Positions 9,240 to 19,064 of a DNA stretch of 64,000 nt are shown one piece after another. The position numbers were made by a program, and so were the translations under genes. Where the stretch lies: positions 42,970 through 106,969 of the forward strand of contig CAYGRO010000004.1 of the NCBI GenBank assembly GCA_964352335.1, written 5' to 3'. Source of the stretch: an uncultured Gammaproteobacteria bacterium (GTDB taxonomy: Bacteria > Patescibacteriota > Patescibacteriia > VMEV01 > CAYQCH01). Each line of letters opens with the position of its first letter. Within the stretch, counting starts at the first letter, position 1. The notes under the pieces are model-generated. The model was not told the DNA's origin. It did no database searches and saw only the letters and a list, made by a program, of their open reading frames with translations.

Positions 9240-10682
9240 TTATTTTTTATGAACCTTTTGTCCAGAATTAGTATCCTCAACGGTCCATCCAAGTTGATCT
9301 ATTTGGTCACGTAATCGATCTGAAGCTTCAAAATCTCGTTGATCTCGAGCAATTTGTCGTCTAGCAAGTAATTCTTCTATTTCTGGTGGTAAATCTTCCG
9401 TGGTTTTTGCCATAGCTTCTAAATCTAATCCCAAAACTTCATCAGATTTAAGTAACCATTTCCAAATGGCACCAGGAGAAACAGCTAAAGTATTATTCGC
9501 CAACTGAGAATTTATGTCTTTAACAAGATCAAAAACAATAGCAAGGGCGGTAGGTGCATTTAAATCATCATTAACAGCTTCTTTAAAAGCATCTTCTTTA
9601 TCACTGAGATATTTTTTATCTTGATCTACCACTTTTCCATCTCGTAGTGAATAAATTGTTCGAACAAATTGGTTTAATCGCTCTCGGCCTTCTTTAGCTG
9701 AATCTAAAATAGCCCAAGAAAATTTCATATGACTTCTATAATGGGCTTGCAATGTGGCAAATTTAAAATCAAGAGGGGAGTAACCTTTTTCTGTAAGAGA
9801 ATCTAATGTCAAAAAAGTTCCGGCTGATTTAGACATTTTTGCATCTCCGTCGAGGGCTAAAAATTCATTATGCAACCAGTAATTTGCAAAGGGTTTTCCA
9901 GTAGCACTTTCAGATTGAGCAATTTCATTGGTGTGGTGAACAGGGACATGGTCGATACCTCCAGTATGGATATCAAATGTTTGGCCTAAGTATTTCATGG
10001 CCATAGCAGAACATTCTAAATGCCATCCTGGAAAACCTTTACCCCATGGTGATTCCCATTCCATTTCTCTTTGAGAGTCTTTTGGAGAAAATTTCCATAA
10101 TGCAAAATCTGTGCTATTTTTCTTTTCAGAATTTTTTTCTATACGTGCACCTTCTTGCAAGCCTTCTAGATCTAAGAGGGCAAGTTTTCCATAGTCACTA
10201 AGTTCAGATGTATCAAAATAAACACCGTCAGAAATGGTATATGTAAATCCTTTTTCTTCCAATTGTTTAATTAAATCGATTTGCTCAGGAATATGGTCGG
10301 TCGCTTTTGGTTCAATCGTTGGTGGAAGTGTTTGTAAACTTGCTACATCATCATGAAAAATCTTTGTATAATACTCAGCAATTTCAAAGGCAGTTTTTCC
10401 TTCACGCTTTGCTCCTTTTTCCATTTTATCTTCTCCTTCATCCCCATCAGAAACTAAATGACCTACATCAGTGATATTTCTCACATGGGTGACATTATAC
10501 CCATTCATCAGTAAGACTCTTTTCAATAAGTCTGCAAACAAAACCGCTCGCATATTTCCAAGATGTTGTCGGTCATAAACAGTGGGACCACAACTATAAA
10601 AGCCCACTTCTGGTGGGTTAATTGGGGTAAAAGCTTCTTTTCTTCGATGAAGCGTATTATAAAGGTAAAGTTGTTCGTCCAT
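9240..10682 (-). CDS. cysS: Cysteine--tRNA ligase
   Basis: CGPTVY..HLGN, PGWHLECSAM, KMSKS. Confidence 0.98.
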   Translation of the reverse strand: MDEQLYLYNTLHRRKEAFTPINPPEVGFYSCGPTVYDRQHLGNMRAVLFADLLKRVLLMNGYNVTHVRNITDVGHLVSDGDEGEDKMEKGAKREGKTAFEIAEYYTKIFHDDVASLQTLPPTIEPKATDHIPEQIDLIKQLEEKGFTYTISDGVYFDTSELSDYGKLALLDLEGLQEGARIEKNSEKKNSTDFALWKFSPKDSQREMEWESPWGKGFPGWHLECSAMAMKYLGQTFDIHTGGIDHVPVHHTNEIAQSESATGKPFANYWLHNEFLALDGDAKMSKSAGTFLTLDSLTEKGYSPLDFKFATLQAHYRSHMKFSWAILDSAKEGRERLNQFVRTIYSLRDGKVVDQDKKYLSDKEDAFKEAVNDDLNAPTALAIVFDLVKDINSQLANNTLAVSPGAIWKWLLKSDEVLGLDLEAMAKTTEDLPPEIEELLARRQIARDQRDFEASDRLRDQIDQLGWTVEDTNSGQKVHKK

Positions 10683-10749
10683 ATATTCTGCTAAGATTAG
10701 TTACTATAATGAGATTATACGGGCTGATACCAAATGTCAATTTAGCAGT

Positions 10750-11733
10750 TTAAATCCATTTTTTCACTTTAAAATAAGCGAAGGCAAAGCTAGATAAAAT
10801 GACAACAAAAACAACAGTCAAGACAAAACCTTGGGGGTGATTGGCAAAAGGAATGAGCTTAAAGTTCATTCCAAAAATAGAGGCGACCATGGTCATTGGT
10901 GCAATAATTACAGTAAAAATGGTCAAGTTTTTTAAAATATCGTTTAAGTAAAACGAGCTCAAAGATTCATAAGTCTGTCGTAATGTGTCGATCGCTTCTG
11001 TATGCGATTCCAAATTTGTCCAAACAATACGTGGATACTCCATCATGTCTTGAATTCCCGCTAAGATTGTTCGTCCATGTGAAAATTCTGGAAGCACATT
11101 CGCGAGTTTATCAATAACCATCGAATGGCTACGCATAATTTTACGAAAATCCACGACTTCTCTTTCAATGGTAAATAAATCTTTTACAATTTTTCTATTT
11201 CCTAAATCTTCACTAAAAATCTTTTCTTCAATTTGATCAATCGAAAGTGCTAATCGATCAGAAATTGGCATGCAGTACGCGTACAATTGTGTTGTAAGCC
11301 AAGGGACAATATTTTCAGGGGAAAAATGATGTGGAGAGAATTCAGCTGCGAGATTGTCTAATTCTTGTTTCAGAATTTGCATTGGTGGAATTGTATTTGT
11401 ATGAACAAAAAGCACCATCTCTGGAAAAATGAACATTTCAAGTTTAGCGGAAGTTATTGAATTGGTTTTCGTATTTTCAATTGGGAAAATTAAAATAACA
11501 AAAAGATAATTTTCTCGAACAGTAATTTTTGGTCGTTGAAAAGTTGGCAATGTATCGTTTAAATCGGATCGTTCAATTTGAAACTCTTCAGAAAGAAATT
11601 GTATTTCTTCTTTTGCCGTTTTTTTGATATTGACAATTGAGTAAGGGCCATAATGAATTGTTTCAATATGGTTGGAAATTTTTTCAAATTGTGGGATTTG
11701 TTTTTGTTTCATATTTCTTCTCTTATTGTACAA
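10750..11733 (-). CDS. corA: CorA family Mg2+ transporter
   Basis: C-terminal IFGMNF (GMN) motif and two TM helices; start may be 11712. Confidence 0.85.
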   Translation of the reverse strand: MYNKRRNMKQKQIPQFEKISNHIETIHYGPYSIVNIKKTAKEEIQFLSEEFQIERSDLNDTLPTFQRPKITVRENYLFVILIFPIENTKTNSITSAKLEMFIFPEMVLFVHTNTIPPMQILKQELDNLAAEFSPHHFSPENIVPWLTTQLYAYCMPISDRLALSIDQIEEKIFSEDLGNRKIVKDLFTIEREVVDFRKIMRSHSMVIDKLANVLPEFSHGRTILAGIQDMMEYPRIVWTNLESHTEAIDTLRQTYESLSSFYLNDILKNLTIFTVIIAPMTMVASIFGMNFKLIPFANHPQGFVLTVVFVVILSSFAFAYFKVKKWI

Positions 11734-11781
11734 CTATTTTCTGTTTTCTAAAACACTTGTAGCAAGAGAAGCAGGAAGAAA

Positions 11782-12630
11782 CTAAATGAGTTCTAAAATA
11801 ACGATACGATCTAAATTTGCTAAATCTTTTTTTACTTTACATAAATAGGGAAGTTGCATTTCTTTTACCCACTTTGTAAATGATTCAACTTGGTATGGCA
11901 TCATTTCAAAATAGATTTTTCCATGAGGCTTTAAAACAGATACCGCTTGTTGTGCACATTTTTTCATTAATGCAAATCCATTGTCACTTGCGATGAGTGC
12001 ACTTTTGGGCTCAAATGCTAAATCTGGCGCCGTTATTGAATCAACCAAGTCTGATTCTGTTAAATAGGGCAAGTTCGCTAAGATCAAATCTAGCTTAATT
12101 GCTTGTTTCTCAAATAATTCAAGCAAATTTGATTCTAAAAAAGTAACACCACTTGCATCAAGTTTATTGGCATTGGTTTTAGCAATTTCTAAAGCGTCTA
12201 AACTTGTATCAACACCAATAACTTTTGCTGTTGGGAATACGGTAGAAATTGTAATGGCCAAACACCCAGAACCTGTTCCAATATCTGCAATGACAAGCTT
12301 TTGGTAATTTCTATACTGTTCTTTTGCTAAGTCAATCATCAATTCACTTTCCGGTCGAGGGATAAGTACAGATGGTGTAACCAGAAAATCTTTGCCGTAA
12401 AAAGCCTTTTTACCTGTAATATAGGCAATCGGTTCATGGGCAAGTCTTCTTTGAACGAGTTCTCCAAAATCTTTAATTTGTTTTTTAGCTAAAATTTCAT
12501 CTGTATGTGTTAAAACCCATGATCGTTCTTTTTTCAAGATAAAACTTAATAACACCTCAGCATCAAGTTGAGGTGTTAACTGTTGTTCTAAAATGTCAGT
12601 TGCAGCTTTTAACGACTGTAATATAGTCAT
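11782..12630 (-). CDS. prmC: Release factor glutamine methyltransferase
   Basis: EPIAYI.G, VLIPRPE, DIGTGSG, NLPY; follows prfA. Confidence 0.95.
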   Translation of the reverse strand: MTILQSLKAATDILEQQLTPQLDAEVLLSFILKKERSWVLTHTDEILAKKQIKDFGELVQRRLAHEPIAYITGKKAFYGKDFLVTPSVLIPRPESELMIDLAKEQYRNYQKLVIADIGTGSGCLAITISTVFPTAKVIGVDTSLDALEIAKTNANKLDASGVTFLESNLLELFEKQAIKLDLILANLPYLTESDLVDSITAPDLAFEPKSALIASDNGFALMKKCAQQAVSVLKPHGKIYFEMMPYQVESFTKWVKEMQLPYLCKVKKDLANLDRIVILELI

Positions 12631-12631
12631 A

Positions 12632-13705
12632 TTAGTTTTGCTCTTGATCTACTTGTTGCGCCATTTTTTGAGCTTCACGTAATTTATCGACAATGATATC
12701 TAAATCACCAGCCATCACCAAATTAATATTATGCACAGTTAATTTAATTCGATGATCCGTGATTCTATCTTGAGGGATATTATACGTTCTAATTTTTTCT
12801 GAACGATCACCTGTTCCCACTTGGTCTCGTCTTGCATCAGCTAATTCTTTTGCTTTCTTTTCTTCCAAATGAGCTAAGAGTCGAGAACGTAATACTTTCA
12901 TGGCGCTTTCTCTATTCTGTTGTTGTGATCTTTCGTCTTGGCATTGAACCACAAGTCCAGAAGGAATATGAGTAATACGAACAGCGGAATTTGTTGTATT
13001 TACTTTTTGACCACCTTTTCCTCCAGCAGCATATGTATCTACACGTAAATCACTTGGGTCAATAGTAATATCGGTTTCTTCAGCTTCGGGTAATACTGCT
13101 ACAGTTGCAGTAGATGTATGAATACGTCCACTCTTTTCAGTTTCGGGCACTCGTTGAACGCGATGAACACCACTTTCAAATTTCATCCGGCCATAGGCGC
13201 CATTACCTTTGACCATAAAAATAACTTCTTTAAAACCACCAATACCAATTTGGTTAGAAGAAATTAACTCTGTTTTCCAACCCTTTATTTCTGAATAACG
13301 GGAATACATTCTAAAAAGATCTCCAGCAAAAAGTGCTGCTTCATCACCACCAGCACCACCACGAATTTCGATGATAACATTCTTTTCATCATACGGGTCT
13401 TCTACAATCAATACTTCATCTAATTCTTCTATTAATGCTTTTTTTCGAGATTGAATTAATGTTAATTCGTCAGACGCGAGCTTTTTAAATTCTTCATCTT
13501 TGCTTTGTTCTGCTGTCGTTTGTGCTTCTTGTTCTGCGACTTCTAATTCTCGGATTTCACGAATGAATTTCATTGGTTCTTGCAAAGCGGCATATTTTTT
13601 ATTGATCTCTTTTAATTCTTGATGTTGCATCACAACTGAAGTATCAGAAAGTTGTGCTTCCAGTTCATTGAATTCTTTTTCAATTTGTTCAAATTTGGGT
13701 TTCAT
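12632..13705 (-). CDS. prfA: Peptide chain release factor 1
   Basis: RVPET motif, GGQ motif. Confidence 0.97.
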   Translation of the reverse strand: MKPKFEQIEKEFNELEAQLSDTSVVMQHQELKEINKKYAALQEPMKFIREIRELEVAEQEAQTTAEQSKDEEFKKLASDELTLIQSRKKALIEELDEVLIVEDPYDEKNVIIEIRGGAGGDEAALFAGDLFRMYSRYSEIKGWKTELISSNQIGIGGFKEVIFMVKGNGAYGRMKFESGVHRVQRVPETEKSGRIHTSTATVAVLPEAEETDITIDPSDLRVDTYAAGGKGGQKVNTTNSAVRITHIPSGLVVQCQDERSQQQNRESAMKVLRSRLLAHLEEKKAKELADARRDQVGTGDRSEKIRTYNIPQDRITDHRIKLTVHNINLVMAGDLDIIVDKLREAQKMAQQVDQEQN

Positions 13706-13730
13706 ACAAGAATACTATCATTAAAATACA

Positions 13731-13754
13731 AAGATCCCACAATTGTGGGATCTT
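13731..13754 (-). terminator. Hairpin/terminator after rpmE2
   Basis: Palindrome aagatcccacaattgtgggatctt. Confidence 0.55.
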
Positions 13755-13769
13755 ATTTCTTCAGCGAAG

Positions 13770-14141
13770 TTATTTTTTTTCAGCTTTTTTCTTTGCAGTA
13801 GAAGCTTTCGCAGATGTTGTTTCTGGTTTTGCTTCTTTTTTCGCTTTTGCTTCAGCACGTTTTACTTTACGTCCTTTTGTTGCAGCTGCCATTTCTTTTT
13901 GCTTTTCCAATTTAGCTTGGAATTTGTCTACACGTTTAGCTGTGTCTACAAGGATTTGTTTTCCAGTATAAAATGGATGTGTTGCAGAACTTACTTCAAC
14001 GAGGATATGTGGGTATTCATTCCCATCGTCCCATTTTGTTGTTGTTTCTGCTGTAAGTGTTGATTTTGTAATAAATCGAAAACCACCTGCTGTGTCTTCA
14101 AAGACCACTGGATGATAATCTGGATGGATGTCTTTTTTCAT
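13770..14141 (-). CDS. rpmE2: 50S ribosomal protein L31 type B (Cys-free) with basic tail
   Basis: [23 protein letters not shown]; no cysteines. Confidence 0.93.
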   Translation of the reverse strand: MKKDIHPDYHPVVFEDTAGGFRFITKSTLTAETTTKWDDGNEYPHILVEVSSATHPFYTGKQILVDTAKRVDKFQAKLEKQKEMAAATKGRKVKRAEAKAKKEAKPETTSAKASTAKKKAEKK

Positions 14142-14173
14142 AATAACTGTGTCGATTAGTAAAATGTGAACCT

Positions 14174-14202
14174 ATAGTACCAGAAAAGAATTTCTTTGGC
14201 AA
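14174..14202 (-). promoter_or_regulatory. Sigma70 promoter for rpmE2
   Basis: TTGCCA-17 nt-TACTAT on minus strand. Confidence 0.6.
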
Positions 14203-14277
14203 GGGGGTGCTGTCAAAAATAGATGACAACAATACCTCCGTAAATACAGGGCTAGATAGACTTATACACTTTTCGCT

Positions 14278-14306
14278 TTGACGATAACCTGTTTTCGCAT
14301 TATTCT
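14278..14306 (+). promoter_or_regulatory. Sigma70 promoter
   Basis: TTGACG-17 nt-TATTCT. Confidence 0.6.
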
Positions 14307-14315
14307 ATGAACAGT

Positions 14316-14405
14316 ATGAAAACAACGCAAATTACAACATGGATGAAGCAATGCCTCAATTTCGCAATTGTGGTCTTTGTCATTTCAGGTTGTAGCGTTG
14401 GGTAA
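14316..14405 (+). CDS. Candidate 29-aa leader peptide MKTTQITTWMKQCLNFAIVVFVISGCSVG
   Basis: Short ORF right after promoter, followed by hairpin 14439-14464 and T-rich tail. Confidence 0.4.
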   Translation: MKTTQITTWMKQCLNFAIVVFVISGCSVG

Positions 14406-14483
14406 ATACGAAAACATAACAAGTTTCGAAACACTCTCAATGCTAGGCCTAAAAACCTGGCGTTTGTCGTTTTAGGGGAAATC

Positions 14484-14756
14484 GTGAGTAATCAAAACAA
14501 CTCTGTTTGTGAAGTTTCTGCAGAGTCAGCGGAATCTGCAGAAGTCGTCGTCAAGCCTGAGGATTACTGGACTCGTCGTTCAGAAATTCCTCCTCAGTAT
14601 CTCGCCGGTGCTCGTCGTGCAGCCCTCCTTGCGTCAGCTCGCGTTCAGTCGGATCGGCTGCATGCGGCTTGCGTGGTCGAGGCTAGGCAGGCACATCAGT
14701 CGGGGCGAATTCCCGGCATACCAAGCGAAGACCAGTTGGTCCCACGCTCCTACTAG
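14484..14756 (+). CDS. Hypothetical protein (GC-rich orphan)
   Basis: GTG start after gggga; terminator-like hairpin downstream. Confidence 0.5.
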   Translation: MSNQNNSVCEVSAESAESAEVVVKPEDYWTRRSEIPPQYLAGARRAALLASARVQSDRLHAACVVEARQAHQSGRIPGIPSEDQLVPRSY

Positions 14757-14775
14757 TCTAAGGAGCAGGGAACAA

Positions 14776-14831
14776 GACGGAGATGGGGCTAGGAAGCATT
14801 TTGCAACCTGGTTCCGTCTCCGTTTTCATTT
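14776..14831 (+). terminator. Long terminator-like hairpin
   Basis: gacggagatggggctagg...cctggttccgtctccgtt then ttcatttt. Confidence 0.65.
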
Positions 14832-14867
14832 TATCGCAAAAAACGATACTCTATAAAAAGGAATGAT

Positions 14868-15593
14868 ATGAAAACTGTGATAAAAGAAGTGAAGTCAAGA
14901 TTGAAAATAATGGAAAAAAAGGAAGTAGCTGAAAAACTGGCTTCCTATTTAAAGACGAATTACGCATGCTTAGGTCTTTCTGTTCCACAAATGCGGAAAT
15001 TTGTTGTACAAGGCTATTCATTTTATACAAACTCACCAGAATCAATTTTAACCACTTGGACAAGAGTAATTCAAAATGCCACTTACTTTGAAGAAATAAG
15101 CCAAGCACTTTTATATTATCAATACAGAAAAGATGACCTTTCGCTCAAACATTTTAGGACATTTAAAAAATGGATTCCGTTTATAGATAATTGGGAGCAT
15201 TCAGATAGAATGTCAGATCTTTTAGCTGTTTTACATGAAAAGTTTCCTAAACAAGTTTATGCTGAATACGTAAAATGGAATAAACAGAAAAATCCTTGGT
15301 TTAGGCGGCAATCTATAGTAGGGTTATTTTATTACAGCTCCATGCGAAAATTGTATCCATCTTTTGCAAAAGCTATCAAATTGGTAGATGCTCTCATTCC
15401 TGATTCAGATCTTTATGTTCAAAAAGGAGTAGGGTGGACATTGCGCGAATTGTATAATGTCTATCCAGAAAAGACATATGCATATTTAGTCGAGAAGGCA
15501 AAAGTAATTCCTCCTGCTGCTTGGCAAGCATCTACAGAAAAGTTATCAAAAAAAGACAAAGCTCAGCTTATGAAAATAAGAAAAACAAAATAA
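14868..15593 (+). CDS. DNA alkylation repair protein (AlkD-like)
   Basis: LGLSVPQMR, IDNWEHSD, NPWFRR, YVQKGVGWTLRE. Confidence 0.85.
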   Translation: MKTVIKEVKSRLKIMEKKEVAEKLASYLKTNYACLGLSVPQMRKFVVQGYSFYTNSPESILTTWTRVIQNATYFEEISQALLYYQYRKDDLSLKHFRTFKKWIPFIDNWEHSDRMSDLLAVLHEKFPKQVYAEYVKWNKQKNPWFRRQSIVGLFYYSSMRKLYPSFAKAIKLVDALIPDSDLYVQKGVGWTLRELYNVYPEKTYAYLVEKAKVIPPAAWQASTEKLSKKDKAQLMKIRKTK

Positions 15594-15633
15594 TTGTCAT
15601 TAAACTAGTTGATTCAATTTTTAAAACAACTCT

Positions 15634-16071
15634 ATGTTAGCAAAGAAAACTTTTTTCATCATTCTCTTATTGGTAGGGCTCGGAGGTTTGTTTTATTGGT
15701 TTACCAAACCAGAACCATGTGGTGACTGTGAACTCCCGCAAACAACAAATGACAACCCAGACATTATTCGCCCAGGGTTTCCAAATGCGGACTCTATTCC
15801 AGTAACTCATACAAAGGATAATGGGGTACAGACAATTTCCGGTGTACTCACTTTGCCAGATCCTTGCTATTCGATTGAGCATACTGTCGATGTGAAACTC
15901 CCAATTCCAGAGCTTGTAACAATTGATATCACAACACCACGTTCAGATCAGCTCTGTGCCACTGTGATTACAGATAAAGAGTTTACAGTAACATTCAATG
16001 CAAGTGACGAAGCGATAATCACTGCCACATTAAACGGGAAAGATGTCACTCTTTTTGAAAGCAAAAACTAA
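15634..16071 (+). CDS. Membrane-anchored exported hypothetical protein
   Basis: N-terminal TM; PDPCY and LCATVIT cysteines. Confidence 0.75.
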   Translation: MLAKKTFFIILLLVGLGGLFYWFTKPEPCGDCELPQTTNDNPDIIRPGFPNADSIPVTHTKDNGVQTISGVLTLPDPCYSIEHTVDVKLPIPELVTIDITTPRSDQLCATVITDKEFTVTFNASDEAIITATLNGKDVTLFESKN

Positions 16072-16073
16072 GT

Positions 16074-16640
16074 ATGCATCAACAAGCGATAGATCAATTA
16101 GAAAAAATGGTCGAATTTGAAACACAATTCGATTCCAAGTTTGCTGTGGACTCAGCAACAGGGAAGTATTTATACAATTTTGTTTTAGAGAAAAAAACAA
16201 AGCGTATTTTAGAATTAGGGACTTGGCGAGGTGCTTCTGGTATTTATCTGGCAGCTGCTTTACAAGAATTAGGTGGTGGAGAGCTTGTAACGGTAGATAT
16301 TGGTAATGATCGAGTATTACAAGCAAAAGAAAATTTTCTACATGCTGGAGTAACAAATGTGATTACACAGGTTATTAGTGATATCTATGAATACTTACCC
16401 AAGGACGCAACCGTTTACGATTTGGTTTTTATGGATGCTTCAAAAAAAGATCAATGTGCTTGGTTAAAACAATTGCTGCATCAAAATCTACAAAAAGGAA
16501 GTTGGGTAATTGTAGATGATTATCTTTCCATGGGAGATCGAATGGATGATTTAACAAAATTCGTCCAATCAAATCCACTTTTAACATCAACAATCGAAAA
16601 AATTGACGATGGTTTACTCATCATCGAAGTGCTATCATAA
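16074..16640 (+). CDS. Class I SAM-dependent O-methyltransferase
   Basis: ILELGTWRGASG, YDLVFMDASK, IVDD. Confidence 0.88.
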   Translation: MHQQAIDQLEKMVEFETQFDSKFAVDSATGKYLYNFVLEKKTKRILELGTWRGASGIYLAAALQELGGGELVTVDIGNDRVLQAKENFLHAGVTNVITQVISDIYEYLPKDATVYDLVFMDASKKDQCAWLKQLLHQNLQKGSWVIVDDYLSMGDRMDDLTKFVQSNPLLTSTIEKIDDGLLIIEVLS

Positions 16641-16661
16641 GGAGAGAGGTCCACTGTAATA

Positions 16662-16709
16662 GTACGCTTCTACAACTTTTACGACTTTACATTTTTACGT
16701 TCTACTTTT
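16662..16709. repeat. 8-mer-period tttac tract (single arm)
   Basis: tac recurs every 7-9 nt up to the ATG at 16710. Confidence 0.55.
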
Positions 16710-18146
16710 ATGCCAACAACTCCAAGAAAAAAAGAAATCAAACCAGAAGATATTTCAAAAAAGTTCCATGAACCAATTGACTTTAAACAGCCTTGGCGAA
16801 TTTTTAAAATCATGGCGGAATTTGTAGAAGGGTATGACTTTATCAATAATTTACATCGTGTTGTTTCTATTTTAGGTTCTGCCAGAACAAAGCCGACAGA
16901 TAAATGGTATAAGGAAGCTGTAAAATTAGGAGAGTTACTTGCGAAGGGTAAATACACCACACTCACAGGTGGTGGCCCAGGAATCATGCAAGCTGCCAAT
17001 AAAGGTGCCTTTGAAGCTGGGGGGGATTCAGTTGGGATCAATATTGAATTACCAATGGAACAAGTTTTAAACCCATATGTAAAAAAATCAAAAGGGTTTG
17101 ATTACTTTTTTACAAGAAAATTAATGTTGCTAACACCTGCACAAGCCTATGTATTTTTCCCAGGTGGATATGGAACCCTCGATGAATTTTTCGAAGTATT
17201 TGACTATATGGAAATTGGTCAATTACATGAAGCTCCTTTAATTGTCGTTGGGAAAGAATATTGGCAACCTGTTTTAGATTTTCTTTCAGGCCCTGCATGC
17301 GAGCAAGGTATTTTAAATAATAAAATGCTTGATCGAGTTTTTTTAGTCAATACAGCAGAAGAAGCTTATGATATTATTTCAACAACAAAAGAATTAGCAT
17401 CTGCGGTTTGTCCATTATCTGCCGATCAATTCGCTTGCGAAAGAGAAATTAACTGGCGAGTGTTTAAAATCATGGCAGAACTTGTAGAAGGTTTTGACAT
17501 GGTAACTCGTTTCCATGATGACGTAACTATTTTGGGTTCAAAAGCAATGTCGGAGGAAACAGAATATTATCATCAAGCATATCGTCTTGGTTTAGGACTT
17601 GGTCGTGCTGGATATACAGTTGTTACAGGAGGTGGTCCAGGTATTACAGAAGCTGCTAATAAAGGAGCGTATCAAGTAGGAGCAAATTCAGTTGGTCTTA
17701 TTTTACGTGATGGTATCGAAGATTCATCAAATCCTTATTTAAATTCTCATGCGCTCTTTCAGTATCCATTTACAAGAAAACTTATTTTAACAGCGCCTTC
17801 TCATGGCTTTGTTATTTTTCCTGGAGGTCTTGGGACCATGCATCAAGTATTTGAATTACTTACTTTGATGCAAACAGAAAAAGCACAGAAAATCCCTGTC
17901 GTCTTTTTTGACTCAGAGTATTGGAAGCCGATGTTACAATATTTAGAATCTGTTTTACTAAAGCAATTTAAGACTATTTCTCCTGGAGATGAAAAATTAT
18001 ATACGGTTGTAGATACAATTGAAGAAGTACAAAAAATTATTGCTCAACAACCTCGAGAAAGTGGAGACAGAACTAAGAAAACAACAAAAAAGCAGACTAA
18101 TGCTAGATTGTCGAAAAAAGTTGTAAAAAAGGCTAAAAAGAAGTAA
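16710..18146 (+). CDS. LOG/TIGR00730 family protein with two tandem domains
   Basis: Two copies of W..FKIMAE..EG.D, TGGGPGI..AANKGA, TRKL, PGG.GT. Confidence 0.9.
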   Translation: MPTTPRKKEIKPEDISKKFHEPIDFKQPWRIFKIMAEFVEGYDFINNLHRVVSILGSARTKPTDKWYKEAVKLGELLAKGKYTTLTGGGPGIMQAANKGAFEAGGDSVGINIELPMEQVLNPYVKKSKGFDYFFTRKLMLLTPAQAYVFFPGGYGTLDEFFEVFDYMEIGQLHEAPLIVVGKEYWQPVLDFLSGPACEQGILNNKMLDRVFLVNTAEEAYDIISTTKELASAVCPLSADQFACEREINWRVFKIMAELVEGFDMVTRFHDDVTILGSKAMSEETEYYHQAYRLGLGLGRAGYTVVTGGGPGITEAANKGAYQVGANSVGLILRDGIEDSSNPYLNSHALFQYPFTRKLILTAPSHGFVIFPGGLGTMHQVFELLTLMQTEKAQKIPVVFFDSEYWKPMLQYLESVLLKQFKTISPGDEKLYTVVDTIEEVQKIIAQQPRESGDRTKKTTKKQTNARLSKKVVKKAKKK

Positions 18147-18221
18147 TTTGTAAAAACTTTGTAATATAAACCTAACTGATTCGTTTGTATAATACGAATC
18201 AGTTTGTCTTTAAAGAGCTAT

Positions 18222-18941
18222 ATGAATCAAGTACCAAAACATATCGGTTTTATCATGGATGGTAATCGTCGTTGGGCCAAAGAAAGAAATTTGTCAGAGC
18301 AAGAAGGGCATGAAGCTGGAGCAAAAGCATTAATGAATCTCATAGAAGCCTGTGCCAAGCATGGCGTAGAAACAGTAACTGTTTATGCTTTAAGTACAGA
18401 AAATTTAAAAAAACGTAGCGCCAAAGAAATTGCTGGGCTTTTCCAAATTCTAACCCGCTGGTTGGGGAGGGAGAGAAATAGAATGGAAAAAAATGGTGTG
18501 CGTGTTACTTTTTTAGGTGGATTACGTGATTTACCAAAAAAGATTCAGCGAGCAACACAAGAAGCAATGGATGTACTCAAAAAAAATGAGCGAATCAAAT
18601 GTAATATCATGCTTAATTATGGAGGGAGAGATGAATTAATTAATGCGGTAAAAATGATAGTCAAAGATGGAGTGCCCGCCGATCAAATTAATGAAGATCT
18701 TATCTCTAGCCATCTCTATACAAAAAATTCGCCAGACCCAGATTTAATCGTTCGTACTGGTGGCGACAAACGCATGAGTAATTTCCTTATTTGGCAAATG
18801 TCCTATGCGGAACTTTATTTTACTAATACCTATTGGCCAGATTTTGATGAAAAAGAATTAGACAAAGTTCTCGATGATTATGCTAACCGTTCTCGAAGAT
18901 TTGGAGGACAAGATCTTGTTTTGAAAACTGAAAAGGTTTAA
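18222..18941 (+). CDS. uppS: Undecaprenyl/polyprenyl diphosphate synthase
   Basis: HIGFIMDGNRRWA, LNYGGRDE, RTGGDKRMSNFLIWQ. Confidence 0.96.
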   Translation: MNQVPKHIGFIMDGNRRWAKERNLSEQEGHEAGAKALMNLIEACAKHGVETVTVYALSTENLKKRSAKEIAGLFQILTRWLGRERNRMEKNGVRVTFLGGLRDLPKKIQRATQEAMDVLKKNERIKCNIMLNYGGRDELINAVKMIVKDGVPADQINEDLISSHLYTKNSPDPDLIVRTGGDKRMSNFLIWQMSYAELYFTNTYWPDFDEKELDKVLDDYANRSRRFGGQDLVLKTEKV

Positions 18942-18946
18942 TTCAA

Positions 18947-19037
18947 TACCGCCCCCGCCCCCTCCTAGAAGGAGGGGAGAAAAGACACTTTTTTCATGCT
19001 GCTACCCCCCTCCTTCTAGGAGGAGCTGGGGGCGGTA
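18947..19037. repeat. GC-rich palindromic element
   Basis: taccgccccc..cctcctagaaggagggg / cccctccttctaggagg..gggggcggta inverted arms. Confidence 0.8.
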
Positions 19038-19064
19038 AGCGATAAGCAAAACTACTATTCCGCT

